From NCBI GenBank assembly GCA_030390025.1, contig CM059431.1, positions 97,094,001-97,158,000 on the forward strand: a DNA stretch of 64,000 nt, given 5' to 3'. This DNA comes from Squalus acanthias (taxonomy: Eukaryota). The notes under the pieces are model-generated. The model worked only from the letters and a program-made list of their open reading frames with translations. It was not told the origin of the DNA and did no database searches. Each line of letters begins with the position of its first letter. Position 1 is the stretch's first letter. A program made the position numbers and the translations under genes. Below, in pieces: positions 50,497 through 63,699 of this stretch.

Positions 50497-52475
50497 TTGC
50501 AATCTGTAACCTCATGGTCCGGCATATCCCTCACTCTACCATTACCACCAAGCCAGGGGACCAACCCTGGTTCAACGACAAATGTAGAAGAGCATGCCAG
50601 GAGCAGCACCAGGCGTACCTAAAAATTAGGTGCCAACCTGGGGAAGCTGCAACACAGGACTACATGCATGCTAAAAAGTGGAAGCAGCATGCTATAGACA
50701 GGGCTAAGCGATCCCACAATCAACGGATCAGATCAAAACTCTGCAGTCCTGCCACATCCAGTCGTGAATGGTGGTGGACCATTAAACAACTAACGGGAGG
50801 AGGAGGCTCCATGACTATCCCCATCCTCAATGATGGTAGAGCCCAGCACGTCAGTGCAAAAGACAAGGCTGAAGCGTTTACAACCATCTTCAGCCAGAAG
50901 TGCCGAGTGGATGATTCATATCAGACCCCTCCTGAGGTCCCCACCATCATAGAAGCCAGTCTTCAGCCAATTCAATTCACTCCACGTGATATCAAGAAAC
51001 AGCTGAGCACACTGGATACAGCAAAGGCTATGTGCCCTGACAACATCCCTGCTGTCGTGCTGAAGACTTGTGCTCCAGAACTAGCCGCGCCTCTAGCCAA
51101 GCTGTCCCGGTACGGCTATAACACTGGCATCTATCCGACAATGTGGAAAACTGCCCAGATATGTCCTGTCCACAAAAAGCAGGACAAATCCAATCCGGCC
51201 AATTACCGTCCCATCAGTCTACTCTCAATCATCAGCAAAGTGATGGAAAGTGTCATCAACAGTGCTATCAAGCGGCACTTACTCACCAATAACCTGCTCA
51301 CTGATGCTCAGTTTGGGTTTCGCCAGAACCACTCAGCTCCAGACCTCATTACATCCTTGGTCCAAACATGGACAAAGAGCTGAATTCCAGAGGTGAGGTG
51401 AGAGTGACTGCCCTTGACATCAAGGCAGCATTTGCCCGGGTATGGCATCAAGGAGCCCTAGTAAAATTGAAGTCAATGGGAATCGGGGGGAAAACTCTCC
51501 ACTGGCTGGAGTCATACCTAGCACAAAGGAAGATGGTTGTAGTGATTGAAGGTCAATCACCACAGCCAAAGGACATCGCTGCAGGAGTTCCTCAGGGCAG
51601 TGTCCTAGGCCCAACCATCTTCAGCTGCTTCATCAACATAAGGTCAGAAATGGGGATTTTCGCTGTTGACTGCACATTGTTCAGTGCCATTCACAACTCC
51701 TCAGATAATGAAGCAGTCCATGAAGTACCAGGCAATGACTATCTCCAACAATCGAGAGTCTAAATACCGCCCCTTGACATTCAATGGCATTACCATCGCT
51801 GAATCCCCCACCATCAACATCCTGGGGGTCACCATTGACGAGAAACTTAACTGGACCAGCCACATAAATACTGTGGCAACAAGAGCAGGTCAGAGGCTAG
51901 GTATTCTGCAGTGAGTGCCTCACCTCCTGACTCCCCAAAGCTTTTCTAACATCTACAAGGCACAAGTAAGGAGTATGATGGAATATTCTCCACTTGCCTG
52001 GATGAGTGCAGCTCCAACAACATTCAAGAAGCTCGAAACCATCCAGGACAAAGCAGCCCGCTTGATTGGCACCTCCTCTACCACCTTAAACATTCACTCC
52101 CTCCACCACCGGTGTACCGTGGCTGCAGTGTGTACCATCTACAAGATGCACTGCGGCAACTCACCAAGGCTTCTTCAACAGCACTTTCCAAACCTGCGAC
52201 CTCTACCATCTAGAAGGACAAGGGCAGCAGGCGCATGGGAACACCACCACCTCCAGGTTCCCCTCCAAGTCACACACCATCCTGACTTAGAAGTATATCG
52301 CCGATCCTTCATCGTTGCTGGGTCAAAATCCTGGAACTCCCTCCCTAACAGCACTGTGGGAGTACCTTCACCACACGGACTGCAGCGGTTCAAGAAGGCG
52401 GCTCACCACCACCTTCTCAAGGGCAATTAGTGATGGGCAATAAATGCTGGCCTTGCCAGCGATGCTCACATCTTA
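50497..52475 (+). mobile_element. LINE family B, 5'-truncated (RT region to 3' end)
   Basis: ORFs 50451..51383 (NPANYRPISLL, QFGFR), 51368..51763 (LDIKAAF, GVPQGSVLGP), 51915..52430; the YADD motif is degenerate (FAVD). Confidence 0.9.
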
Positions 52476-52509
52476 TAAAACAAATTTAAAAAAAAAATTG
52501 TTTTAATGA

Positions 52510-55500
52510 GAGGCTTTTGGCTCATTTTTTGTGCATCAGTTGTGAGCTGTTTAAATGAGGCACATACACTTTGGGTCCAACTTGAGTGCAGATTGGAACA
52601 GAGTGTTAAACTGTGAGTTTGGTGAGTGAGGGAGTAAATCTTAAAGGTTAATCTCTTATTTTTATAAATTCTAGTCTTGTGTGCTTGCAATTAGCATTTA
52701 AATTTACTGTTTCAAGTTTTAAGTTTCTTCCAGGCTTGGGCAGGGCTAAGCAAGCTCTGTGCTGGAGAGCAGGTGAGCGTAATTAATTAATTAAGTGGTC
52801 TAATCTGGTCCTGTAACTGCCAGAGAGCTCACTTATTTAAATCTCAGCAGTATAAATAAGGGAGGCTAGAGTGCAGTTTGTCACGGAGTGCAGATCGGAA
52901 CAGAGTGTTAAACTGCGAGTTTGGTGAGTGAGAAAGTTCGGGGAGGGAGGTGTTCCTTTCTTTTTCCATCTTTGTGAGCTTCCAGGAGAGCAGGAGCTAA
53001 AAAGCTGCACAAGAGGGGACAGAGAACCAGCAGTGACTATTTCTACAGTATTTCTACATTCTAGTCATTAAAGTAAAAGTAAGGTCTCTATTTTGGAGTA
53101 AGTAGTGTTTAAAGGGAAGTAAGGTCCCTAGTGTATTTAATATTCTTTAATTTAAAGGGAGTAAATTAAGGGTAGGACATGGCAGGGAAGCTCGGCAATG
53201 TGGAGTGCTCCTCCTGTGCTATGTTGGAAGTCAGGGACACTTTAGGTGTCCAGGGTGAACACATGTGCAGGAAGTGTCTCCAGCTGCAGCTACTCGAAAT
53301 CCGCGTTTCGGAGCTGGAGCTGCGGCTGGAGTCACTGTGGAGCATCTGCAAAGCTGATATCTTCGTGGATAGCACGTTTAACAAGGTGGTCACACCGCAG
53401 GTAAAGAGTGCACAGGCAGACAGGGAATGGGTGACCACTAGACAGAGTAAAAGAACTAGGAAGGTAGTGCAGATGTCCCCTGGGTCCATCTCCCTCTCCG
53501 ACAGATTTTCCGCTTTGGATACTGATGGGGGAGAGGGTTTCTCAGGGGAATGCAGCAAGAGCCAAGTCCGTGGCACTACAAGTGGCTCAGTTGCACAGGA
53601 GGGGAGGAAAAAGAGTGGGAGAGCAATAGTGATAGGGGATTCTATCGTAAGGGGAACAGATAGACGTTTCTGTGGCCGCAGACGTGACTCCAGGATGGTA
53701 TGTTGCCTCCCTGGTGCCAGGGTCAAGGATGTCACTGAACGGCTGCAGGGCATTCTGAAGGGGGAGGGCGAACAGTCAGAGGTCGTGGTTCACATTGGTA
53801 CCAACGACATGGGTAGAAAGATGAGGTCCTGCAACAAGAATTTAGGGAGCTAGTTAGTAGATCAAAAAGCAGGACCTCAAAGGTTGTAATCTCTGGATTA
53901 CTCCTGGTGCCACGTGCTAGTGAGTATAAGAATAGGAGGAGAGAGCAGATGAATGCATGGCTAAAGAGTTGGTGCAGGAGTGAGTGCTTTAGTTTCCTGG
54001 ATCACTGGGTCCGCTTCTGGGGAAGGTGGGACCTGTACAAGTCGGACGGGTTGCACCTGAACCGGAACAGGACCAACATCCTTGCGGAGAGGTTTGCTAG
54101 TACTGTTGGTGGGGGTTTAAACTAACTTGGCAGGGGGATGGGATACAGAGTGATGCTATAGTAGGGGGTGATGCACAGCCAAATATAGAGGAAAAAACAA
54201 GTCAGCCTGGAAGGCAGAGTAAATATGTAACGGCACAAGGGAGTATGGCAAGGCTGGATGGCATTTATTTTAATGCAAGGAGTCTTGCGAGTAAGGCAGA
54301 TGAATTGAAAGTGTTGATGAACACATGGGAGTATGATATTGTTGCTACCACAGAGACATGGTTGAGGGAGGGGCAGGACTGGCAGCTCAATATTCCGGGG
54401 TATAGAATCTTCAGGCGAGACAGAGGGGGGTGTAAAAGAGGAGGGGGTGTCGCAATATTAATCAAGGAGTTAATTACTGCTGTAAGGAGGGATGATATCT
54501 TAGCAGGTTCCTCTAATGAGGGCATATGGGTAGAACTTAAAAACAAAAAGGGGGCAAGCACTTTGCTGGGAGTGTACTATAGGCCCCCAAACTGTCAGGA
54601 GGAGATAGAGGAACAGATATGTAGGCAAATCTCAGAGAGGTGTAGAAATAATAAGGTAATAATAGTAGGGGATTTCAACTTCCCCAATATTAACTGAGAT
54701 AGTCAGAATGTGACAGGCTTAGAGGGTGCGGAATTCTTAAAGTGCATAAAGGAGAGCTTTTTGAGCCAGCATGTAGAAAGTCCTACAAGAGAGGGGGCGG
54801 TACTGGACCTAATTCTAGGGAATGTAGCCGGGCAAGTGGTAGAAGTGTTAGTAGGAGAGCATTTTGGTGACAGTGACCATAACTCGGTGGGATTTAAGGT
54901 AGTCATGGAAAAGGACAAAGATGGACCGGAGATAAAGGGGTAGAAATTAGGTCGCGCCCCATTTGGGGCGCAAATATTGTCTGGACGCAAATATTAGCGC
55001 CTGGCGCTAATTATCAGCACTGACTGGAAACTTCACTTTTACCACCCCGGGAGGTGAGTGGAGCGCTAAAGCAGGCGCTGCACACCTGTCTTAAGGCGCA
55101 AAGGCCAAGGAGTGAGGCGCTAACTCAGAGCGCTGGCGAAGCTCATGTAATGTCAGTCAGCAATGGAACACACACACAATGGCACGGGCCAGTTCTTAAA
55201 GGGGATGGTTAATCTTGCTTTCCATCCACATCCTGTTCACTGCAGCCTTGAATTTCGGCCTGGAGAGACTTGCACATCAAATGTGCTGGAAAGAACAATG
55301 GAGAGTACCAGGCAAAGAGCTCAGAGTGCAGCTCCCACAGACTCTGCTAAATCGATACAAGGAATGGCAAATCAAAATGAACCTGCAAAGTGCTGCTCAG
55401 TACCCAAAACTCCTTCCCACAATGTTGAATCTCTCCTAAGTCTCTCCCTCTCTCTCTCAGAATGCGTAGTTCAAAAATGCCACCAACAACAAAAGACAGG

Positions 55501-58033
55501 AAGAGGCCCCCTTTAAATAGCGCCCCCCCCCAGCCCCACAGCGATTGATAGCGTTCCAGTCTTCTGGTCGTTGGATGCACCAGGCGGTAAGGCAGGGGGC
55601 GCCACTCAATTTCCGCTCCGGGGCGCCACAAGGGCGTTGCACCATGGAATGACGTCACAATCTGCGCACGCAGGTGGTCGCAGCGGTAAGTTTTAGCGCC
55701 GCCGCACAATCTCAAGTTAAGTTCCTGAGCGGCACAAACATCGCTGCGCCCGGGCGTTAGCGGCTTTGCGCCCCATTAGCGCCCTCTTAAGGCGCTAACG
55801 GGAGGCGCAACCAACTGAATTTTTACCCCAAAGGTTCTAAATTGGGGGAAGGACGATTTTAATATGATAAGGCAGGATCTGGCCAAAGTGGACTGGAATC
55901 AGCTACTTGTAGGAGAATCCACATCAGAGCAGTGGGAGTCTTTCAGAAAGGAAATAGAGAGAGTACAATGGCAGCATGTTCCTGTAAAGGTCAAGGGTGG
56001 GACCAACAAGCCCAGGGAACCCTGGATGTCAAGGGATATACGAGAATGGATTCGAAAAAAAAGGGAGGCTTTTGGCAGATACAAAGGACTAAAAACAGTG
56101 GAAGCCCTAGAGGAGTATAGAAAGTGCAGGGGGGTACTTAAAAAAGAAATTAGGAGAGCGAAGAGGGGGCATGAAATAACACTGGCGGGCAAAATAAAGG
56201 AAAATCCCAAGGTGTTTTATAAGTATATTAAGGGCAATAGGATAACCAGGGAAAGAGTAGGGCCCATTAGGGACCAAAGTGGCAATCTGTATGTAGAGCC
56301 GGAAGATGTAGGTGGGGTTTTAAATGAATATTTTGCATCTGTGTTCACTATGGAGAAGGACGATGTAGGCATAGAAATCAGGCAGGGGGATTGTGATATA
56401 CTTGAACAAATTAGTATTGTGAGGGAGGAGGTACTAGCGGTTTTAGCAGGCTTAAAAGTGGATAAATCCCCAGGCCAGACGAGATGTATCCCAGGCTGCT
56501 GTGTGAGGCAAGGGAGGAGATTGCAGGGGCTCTGACACAAATTTTCAGAACCTCTCTGGCTATAGGGGAGGTGCCAGAGGACTGGAGAACAGCTAACGTA
56601 GTACCATTATTCAAGAAGGGTAGTAGGGATAAACCAGGGAGTTACAGGCCAGTGAGCCTAATATCAGTGGTAGGGAAATTATTGGAAAAAATTCTGAGGG
56701 ACAGAATTAGTCTTCACTTGGAGAGGCAAGGATTAATCAAGGATTGTCAGCATGGCTTTGTCAGGGGGAGATCACGTCTGACCAATTTGATTGAATTTTC
56801 TGAGGGGGTGACTAGGTGTGTGGATGAGGGTAGTGCAGTTGATGTGGTCTACATGGACTTCAGTAAGGCTTTTGACAAAGTCCCGCATGGGAGACTGGTC
56901 AAGAAGGTAAAAGCCCATGGGATCCAGGGCAACTTGGCACATTGGAATCAAAATTGGTTTAGTGGCAGGAGGCAGAGGGTGATGGTCGAAGGTTGTTTTT
57001 GTGGCTGGAAGCCTGTGTCCAGTGGTGTACCGCAGGGATCGGTGCTGGGTCCTTTGCTGTTTGTAGTTTACATTAATGATTTAGATATGAATGTAGGAGG
57101 TATGATCAGTAAGTTCGCAAATGACACGAAAATTGGTGGGGTGGTAAATAGTGAGGAGGGAAGCCTCAGGCTACAGGACGATATAGACGGGTTGGTCAGA
57201 TGGGCAGAACAGTGGCAAATGGAATTTAACACTGAAAAGTGTGAGGTGATGCATTTTGGGAGGACTAACAAGGCAAGGGAATACACAATGAATGGTAGGA
57301 CCGTAGGAAGGACAGAGGATCAGAGGGACCTTGGTGTGCATGTACAAAGATCCCTGAAGGCAGCAGGACAGGTAGATAAGCTGGTTAAAAAGGCATATGG
57401 GATACTTGCCTTCATTAGCCGAGGCATAGAATATAAGAGCAGGGAGGTTATGATGGAGCTGTACAAAATGCTAGTTAGGCCACAGCTGGAATACTGTGTG
57501 CAGTTCTGGTCGCCACACTATAGGAAGGATGTGATTGCATTGGAGAGGGTACAGAGGAGATTCACCAGGATGTTACCTGGGCTGCAGCGCTTCAGCTATG
57601 AAGAGAGACTGGACAGTCTGGGGTTGTTTTCCTTAGAGCAGAGAAGGCTGAGGGGGGACCTGATTGAGGTGTACAAAATTATGAGGGGCATAGATAGGGT
57701 AGATAGAAAGGAACTTTTCCCCTTAGTAGAGGGGTCAGTAACCAGGGGGCATAGTTTCAAGGTAAGGGGCAGGAGGTTTAGAGGGAATTTGAGGAAATAC
57801 TTTTTCACCCAGAGGGTGGTTGGAATCTGGAACTCACTGCCTGAAAGGGTGGTAGAGGCAGGAACCCTCACAACATTCAAGAAGCATTTAGATGAGCACT
57901 TGAAACGCCATAGCATACAAGGCTACGGACCAAGTGCTGGAAAATGGGATTAGAATAGACAGGGCTTGATGCCCGGCGTGGACACGATGGGCTGAAGGGC
58001 CTCTTTCTGTGCTGTATAACTCTATGACTCCAT
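52510..58033 (+). mobile_element. Full-length CR1 LINE carrying a MITE in ORF2 and the Harbinger in its tail
   Basis: 5' UTR with a duplicated block (52584 and 52887); ORF1 53179-54125; EN 54245-54936; ORF2 resumes at 55833; RT 56484..57953; (actctatg)n tail resumes at 62195. Confidence 0.95.
54937..55829 (+). mobile_element. Harbinger MITE copy 3 (893 bp)
   Basis: TIRs GGGGTAGAAATT / AATTTTTACCCC; TSD AAA (54934-54936, 55830-55832); excision restores CR1 PEIKVLNWG. Confidence 0.95.
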
Positions 58034-58391
58034 GGGGGAAAAATTAGGTCGTGCCCCGTTTGGGGCGCAAATATCGTCTGGACGCAAAAATTAGCGCCTG
58101 GCGCTAATTATCACTACTGACTGGAAACTTCACTTTTACCGCCCCGGGAGGTGAGTGGAGCGCTAAATCAGGCGCTGCACACCTGTCTTAAGGCGCAAAG
58201 GCCGAGCAGTGAGGCGCTAACTCAGCGCGCGAGCGCAGCGCAGGTGCTGCCAGTTAGCGAGGGAACACAGACGCACTGGCGCCGGCCAGTTCTTAAAGGG
58301 GGGGGGCCAACTTGCTCCCCAGCCACACCCTGCTCATTGCAGCCTTGAATCTCGGCCTGGAGAGACCTGTGAATCCATTTTGCTGCCAAGG

Positions 58392-60211
58392 ATGGAGAGG
58401 GTGAGAGAACGAGCTCAGCGCTTCACCGAGCGGGCCTTGGATGCTCTGGTTGGCGCGGTGGAGCGCAGAAGATGTATACTCTTCGCTGAGAGTGGCAGGA
58501 GGCCTTTGCCACGCGAGTACAGAAGAGTGTGGAGGGAGGTGGCTCAGAGCGTCTCCTCCAGGAGCATGGTGCCCAGGACCCATGTTCAATGCCGCAAAAA
58601 GTTCAACGACCTCACTCGGATCGTCAGGGTGAGTGGCTTTTTCTCAATACCTCTCCATCCCTCCATCTCAACCTCACTCTATGGCCAGAGGGTCTTAAAA
58701 CCCCAATGCACAACACTCATCCAACACCTATGGCCCTTTCATGAAACACACACACACATTCCACACTTTGCATACAGTAAGGGCTATTCACCTATGGGAG
58801 GCACATCAGGCAAGACCATGGCTGCATACAGTAAGGGCTATTCACCTATGGGAGGCACATCAGGCAAGACCATGGCTGTATATTTACTCAGATGCTGTCC
58901 TTTTTCTTGCAGGCCAAGCTGGCGCATAATAGGAGACAGCAGCAACGGACAGATGGAGGGCGGCCTCAGCTGCAACCCCTCAGCGATCTTGAGGAGCGCG
59001 TCCACAGGATTGTGGCAAGCCGGGTGATCGGCCCCGTCGCCACTGGAGATGCCGACCCCGTTCTGGACAGCAATGGTAAGGTCATCACCTTTTTGTCCTC
59101 TGTCCTTCCACTTGTCCCTCACAACACCAGCCTTTGACACTTTCAATCCAGCTTGCTAACTCGCTGCACTTATTCCTCCCTTACTGCCACCCTGTCCTCA
59201 CGCTAAAGCCACTCTTGTACATCCCTGCTTTCAGATGGTGATTCACCAGCTGAGGAGACGGGCCCTGAAGCTGCCAGTGGGAGTGAAGCTGCAGTCGAGG
59301 AGGAGGAGGAAGCCGGAGCATCAGTGCCACCCTCTCCCGAGGAAGCCCATGCCCACACTGGGAACACGCCTTCCCTGGAGGGGAGCAGGGGGGAAGGGTC
59401 TGATGATGGTGAAGCTCCAGGACCCAGCGGGCTGCAGCAACGCCATGGGGGTAGGGAAGAACGGGGGCCTTCTCCCCAGAGGGAGAGTATGCCAGCGACT
59501 CCTACTGCAATGGACGCAGAGGAGGAGCGGCTGATCGCAGAAATGAACACCCAGGCGGTGGGCATGCACACTGAGCTCATGTGTGCAGTGGGAAGGGTGC
59601 CCGAATGCATTGAGTCACTGGCAAGGAGTGTGGAGCACTTCGCTGTAGCACAGGCGGATGCCACACTAAAGCTTAGTGCTGCAATTCAGTCACTGACTGC
59701 CGTGATCCCATCTCTGACTGCTCTCATGCAGACTCAGATTGAGGCCACGCGAGCACTGACTGCTGCCAACCTCGATGGTTCGTTCACATGTCCCCGGGGC
59801 TCTCACCGCGCCGCAGCAGGCCAGCAATCTGTGCTGCAGCAGATTGCTCCGGATGCTGAAGTGCTGCCCCGTGGGAGTGCCAGTGTGTCGGTCGAGCAGG
59901 GAGTTGCTGTCCTCTCTCACGATGACAGCATTCCTGCTGCCAACACTGTCACTTCTCCACTGCACTTGCCACTGCCTGTAGGACAGACTGCTGCCGCCCA
60001 TGCAGAGTTGGTGCAGTCTGCAGCCGGGCCCTCCAGGCCCAGAAGTGGTCGAGGCCGTCCTTCAGGGGCATCTGCAGTGTCAGGGTCTGACAATCAGCAG
60101 CCTTCCACCAGCCTTGCTGCAGCCACTGAGGTCCCATTACGGAGGAGCAGTAGGGTTAGAAGGGGGGAAGTGCGCAAGGGAAGGAGATCACCCTCGAAGG
60201 GCAAAAAGTAG
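58392..60211 (+). CDS. Harbinger Myb/SANT-like (trihelix) DNA-binding protein, 3 exons, predicted 458 aa
   Basis: Exons 58392-58628 (RFTERALDALV..VWREVA..QCRKKFNDL), 58913-59075 (AKLAHNRRQQQRTDGG) and 59235-60211; GT-AG sites and intron phases 0 and 1 give a continuous stop-free frame. Confidence 0.85.
58769..58878. repeat. 54-bp tandem duplication in Myb-gene intron 1
   Basis: catacagtaagggctattcacc...catggctg at 58771 and 58825. Confidence 0.9.
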
Positions 60212-60523
60212 GAGGTGTGACAAAATGCTAGTCATTTTTTTATTAAAGGCCGAGGTTCGTGGTCCAACTTTTGTCTAGTGTTTTGGACATTATCTCCAGG
60301 TTGTGAGAACCAGTTATGTTAATGACTGTTTTTTTGTGTTTATTTCTATGAGTTTGTCATGAGGAAATGACACACACAGAGTTTGTAAAATAAATAAGTT
60401 TTTGTATTCAAAATATACATGTTTGGTGTTTGGAATCATTGGTGCCTTGGCCGGCTTAGGGGTTGCGTGCTGGGTTCATTGATGTTGTTAGCAATGGCAG
60501 AAGCCATTTCCACAGCAGGGGCC

Positions 60524-61683
60524 CTAGAAGCGGCTTGCTATCAGCCGTTGACGGACGGCCCTTGCAGTTTCACCATTGTGGGCCGCCCTCCCGCCTTGGT
60601 GCTGCTGATGATCATCCTCCTCGTCCTCTTCCTCCTCTTCCTCCTCCTCCTCTGGTGGTGCTCCAAGGCCTGATGGCATTGGCTGGGTCCTGACGATTGC
60701 CATGTTATGCAACATGCAGCGCACAACTACGAAGTTGGATACTCGCTCAGGCGAGTACTGCAGGGCTCCTCCAGAATGGTCGAGACAGCGGAACCGTTGC
60801 TTCAGCACGCCGATTGTGCGCTCAATGATGTTCCTGGTAGCTTGATGGCTCTCGTTGTACCGCAGCTCAGCAGGGGTGTTGGGCGTACGGAGCGGTGACA
60901 TCAGCCAGGTGCTCAATGGATACCCCTTGTCCCCGAGAAGCCAACCAACTGGCTGATGCGGTGCCTCGAAAAGTTGTGCCACTGTAGTCTGGCGCAGGAC
61001 GAAAGCATCGTGGCAGCTGCCAGGATAGTGGGCATTGACAGCGAGTATCAGCTGTCTGTGGTCAGAGACCAACTGAACATTCAAGGAATGGAACCCCTTT
61101 CTGTTCCGGAAATCCTCGGCATTCTCATGTGGAGCACGCAAAGCCACATGCGTGCAGTCAATGGCGCCCTGCACCATGGGGAAGCCCGCTATCCTCGCAA
61201 AGCCCAGAGCGCGGTCACGCTGCTTGTCTAGGGTCATGGGAAAGAGATGAACTCTCGTCTCCTTTTAAAGAGGGCATTTGTGACCTGCCGGATGCAGCAA
61301 TGCACCGCGAACTGGGAGATATTGGTGAGGTCCCCAGCAGCAGCTTGAAATGAGCCAGTAGCATAGAAGTTGAGAGCCACTGTGACCTTCACTGCCACCG
61401 ACAGAGACGTCCTGGACCTCAGTTGAGGCTGCAGATCTGGCTGCAGCAGGTGGCAGAGCTCAGTGACCACCTCCTTGCTGAATCGCAGCCTTCGCAAACA
61501 CAGCTCCTCAGACATATGAATGTAGGAGAGCTGTTCACGATATACCCTGGGAGGGTAAGCTCTCCTGTACATACGCCTGTTGGCCCTCCTCCGTCTGGCC
61601 ATCATTGCCACTCTCTCTCTGCGTCTCTGTGTCCTCCAATTCAGCTGGAGCAGGACGACGCCCCCAATCAGTGCAGCCCCCAT
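60524..61683 (-). pseudogene. HARBI1-like DDE transposase, one frameshift near 61240 (386 aa if repaired)
   Basis: [76 protein letters not shown]. Confidence 0.92.
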
Positions 61684-62349
61684 AGTCTCTTTGCAAGCAA
61701 AGTTATGAAGGACAGCAACCAAAGTACCAGCGAAGTTAGGATCAGTAGGCAAAACTACCTCACAAAGCGTTGACTCAATGCAGAAGTCTCTCTTTCTCTC
61801 TCTCCGAATCTCTCTCTCTCTCTCAGAACGAGTGGTGCAAAAATGTCAACCACAGAAAAAGACAGGAAGAGGCCCCCTTTAAATAGCGCCCCCCCCAGCC
61901 CCACAGCGATTGATAGCGTTCCAGTCTTCCGGTCGTTGGATGCGCCAGGCGGTAAGGCAAGGGGCGCCACTCAATTTCCACTCCGGGGCGCCACAAGGGC
62001 GTTGCACCATGGAATGATGTCACAATCTGCGCGCGCAGGTGGTCGCAGCGGTAAAGTTTAGCGCCGTCGCACAATGTCTAGTTAAGTTCCCGAGCGGCGC
62101 AAACATCGCTGCGCCCGGGAGCTAGCGGCTTTGCGCCCCATTAGCGCCCTCTTAAGGTGCTAACGGGAGGCGCAACCAACTGAATTTTTCCCCCTATGAC
62201 TCTATAAAGATTGTAGGCAATATTTTGTATCGGACTGTTTGATATAACCGCTTCCAACCAGTACTTTGTACAACCCTTTCCTATCTGCGCTGAGTTTACA
62301 TTGTTCCATTTTCCTGTTTCTCCCCAGACCTTTTTATATCTTCTCTCAG

Positions 62350-62930
62350 TATTATTGGTTAGGCCACACTTGCAGTACTGCGTGCAGTTCTGGTCGCCAT
62401 ATTATAAAAAGGATATAGAGGCACTGGAGAGGGTGCAGAGAAGATTTACAAGGCTAATACCAGAAATGCGAGGGTATACATATCAGGAAAGAATGAGCAA
62501 GCTGGGTCTCTTTTTTCTCTTGAAAAAAGAAGGCTGAGGGGTGACCGAATAGAGGTCTATAAAATTATGAAAGGTTTTGATAGAGTGGATACAGAGAGAA
62601 TGTTTCCACTTGTGGGGAAGAGCAAAACTAGAGGCCATCAAATAGAGATAGTCACCAAGAAATCCAATAGGGAATTCAGAAGAAACTTCTTTACCCAGAG
62701 AGTGGTGAGAATGTGGAACTCGCTACCACAGGGAGTGGTTGAAGTGAATAGTATAGATGCATCTAAGGGGAGGCTGGACAAGCATATGAGGGAAAAGGGA
62801 ATAGAGGGTTATGCTGATAGATTTAGATGAGGAAAAACGGGAGGAGGCTCGAGAGGAGCATAAACGCCGGCCTGGACTGGTTGGGCCGAATGACCTGTTT
62901 CTGTGCCGTATATCCTATGTAATCCTGTGT
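62350..62930 (+). mobile_element. CR1 3' fragment
   Basis: LVRPHLQYCVQFWSP..FFTQRVVRMWNSLP plus 3' UTR. Confidence 0.9.
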
Positions 62931-63469
62931 ATTCCAGTTACTTAATGTGAAAATGATTTACTAATAAGACCAGGAGCCCCAACCCCTGGCAAAGGTCGCG
63001 GACCATTGTAGAATGTTCTGGCAATGCTGATCAGCTGCTATTAATTTTTCAAGCCAGACTGAAGCTCTCATTCTTAACGATCTGCACACATTCTAACCTA
63101 GAAAAGCTGACAACTCGACAAAGGCCTGATGTACAAACTGATGACCTTACACCGACTTTGTAAATGAAGCTGTTGAAATATACAACTGGGTAAAATTCCA
63201 AGTCATTCCACGTGGTGAGCCAGCAGGTAGTGTGCATCGCTGGCAACTTTCAGATGTCCGTTTGCAAGGTGAGGTACTCTCTCCCATACTTGGTAGTGTT
63301 TCCTTTCGCTCAATCACAATAAATATTGAGTTAAAAACCAGCTGCACTTAGACTCATGTCTCCAGCCTAACTCTATAATAGCACGGATCTTGGTTCAGTT
63401 TTTTCCAAGGCTCTAGGCTTCAGGGAGGAATAAGCCACACAATTCTGGCAGCATTTCACCAAGTATTGT

Positions 63470-63698
63470 ACCAAGAGCCCTCACCATCGACACCCCAGGG
63501 GTCACCACTGACCAGAGGCTGAACTGGACCAGCTATATTAACACCATGGCTACAAGAGCAGGGCAGAGGCTGGGTTCTCTGTGACAAGTGGCTGACCTCC
63601 TGACCCCTCAAAGCCTCTCCACCATCTACAAGGCTCAAGTCAGGAGTGTGATGGAACACTCACCACTCACCTGGATGGTGCACCCACAACAACACTGA
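63470..63698 (+). mobile_element. LINE family B fragment
   Basis: Homologous to 51800-52025 (ctccaccatctacaaggctcaagtcaggagtgtgatgg). Confidence 0.75.
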
Positions 63699-63699
63699 G

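Larger units (their letters stand above)
58034..62194. mobile_element. PIF/Harbinger DNA transposon, autonomous-type, 4161 bp
   Basis: TIRs GGGGGAAAAATT / AATTTTTCCCCC; flanks CAT and TAT (imperfect TSD); two convergent genes. Confidence 0.95.

Noticed and set aside
60524..61683. Host HARBI1 gene
   Set aside because: Lies inside TIRs next to a convergent Myb gene and is inserted in a CR1 tail, so it is a transposon gene.
63150..63270. Possible coding exon ending in a GTGAG donor
   Set aside because: In-frame stops just upstream and no suitable acceptor.
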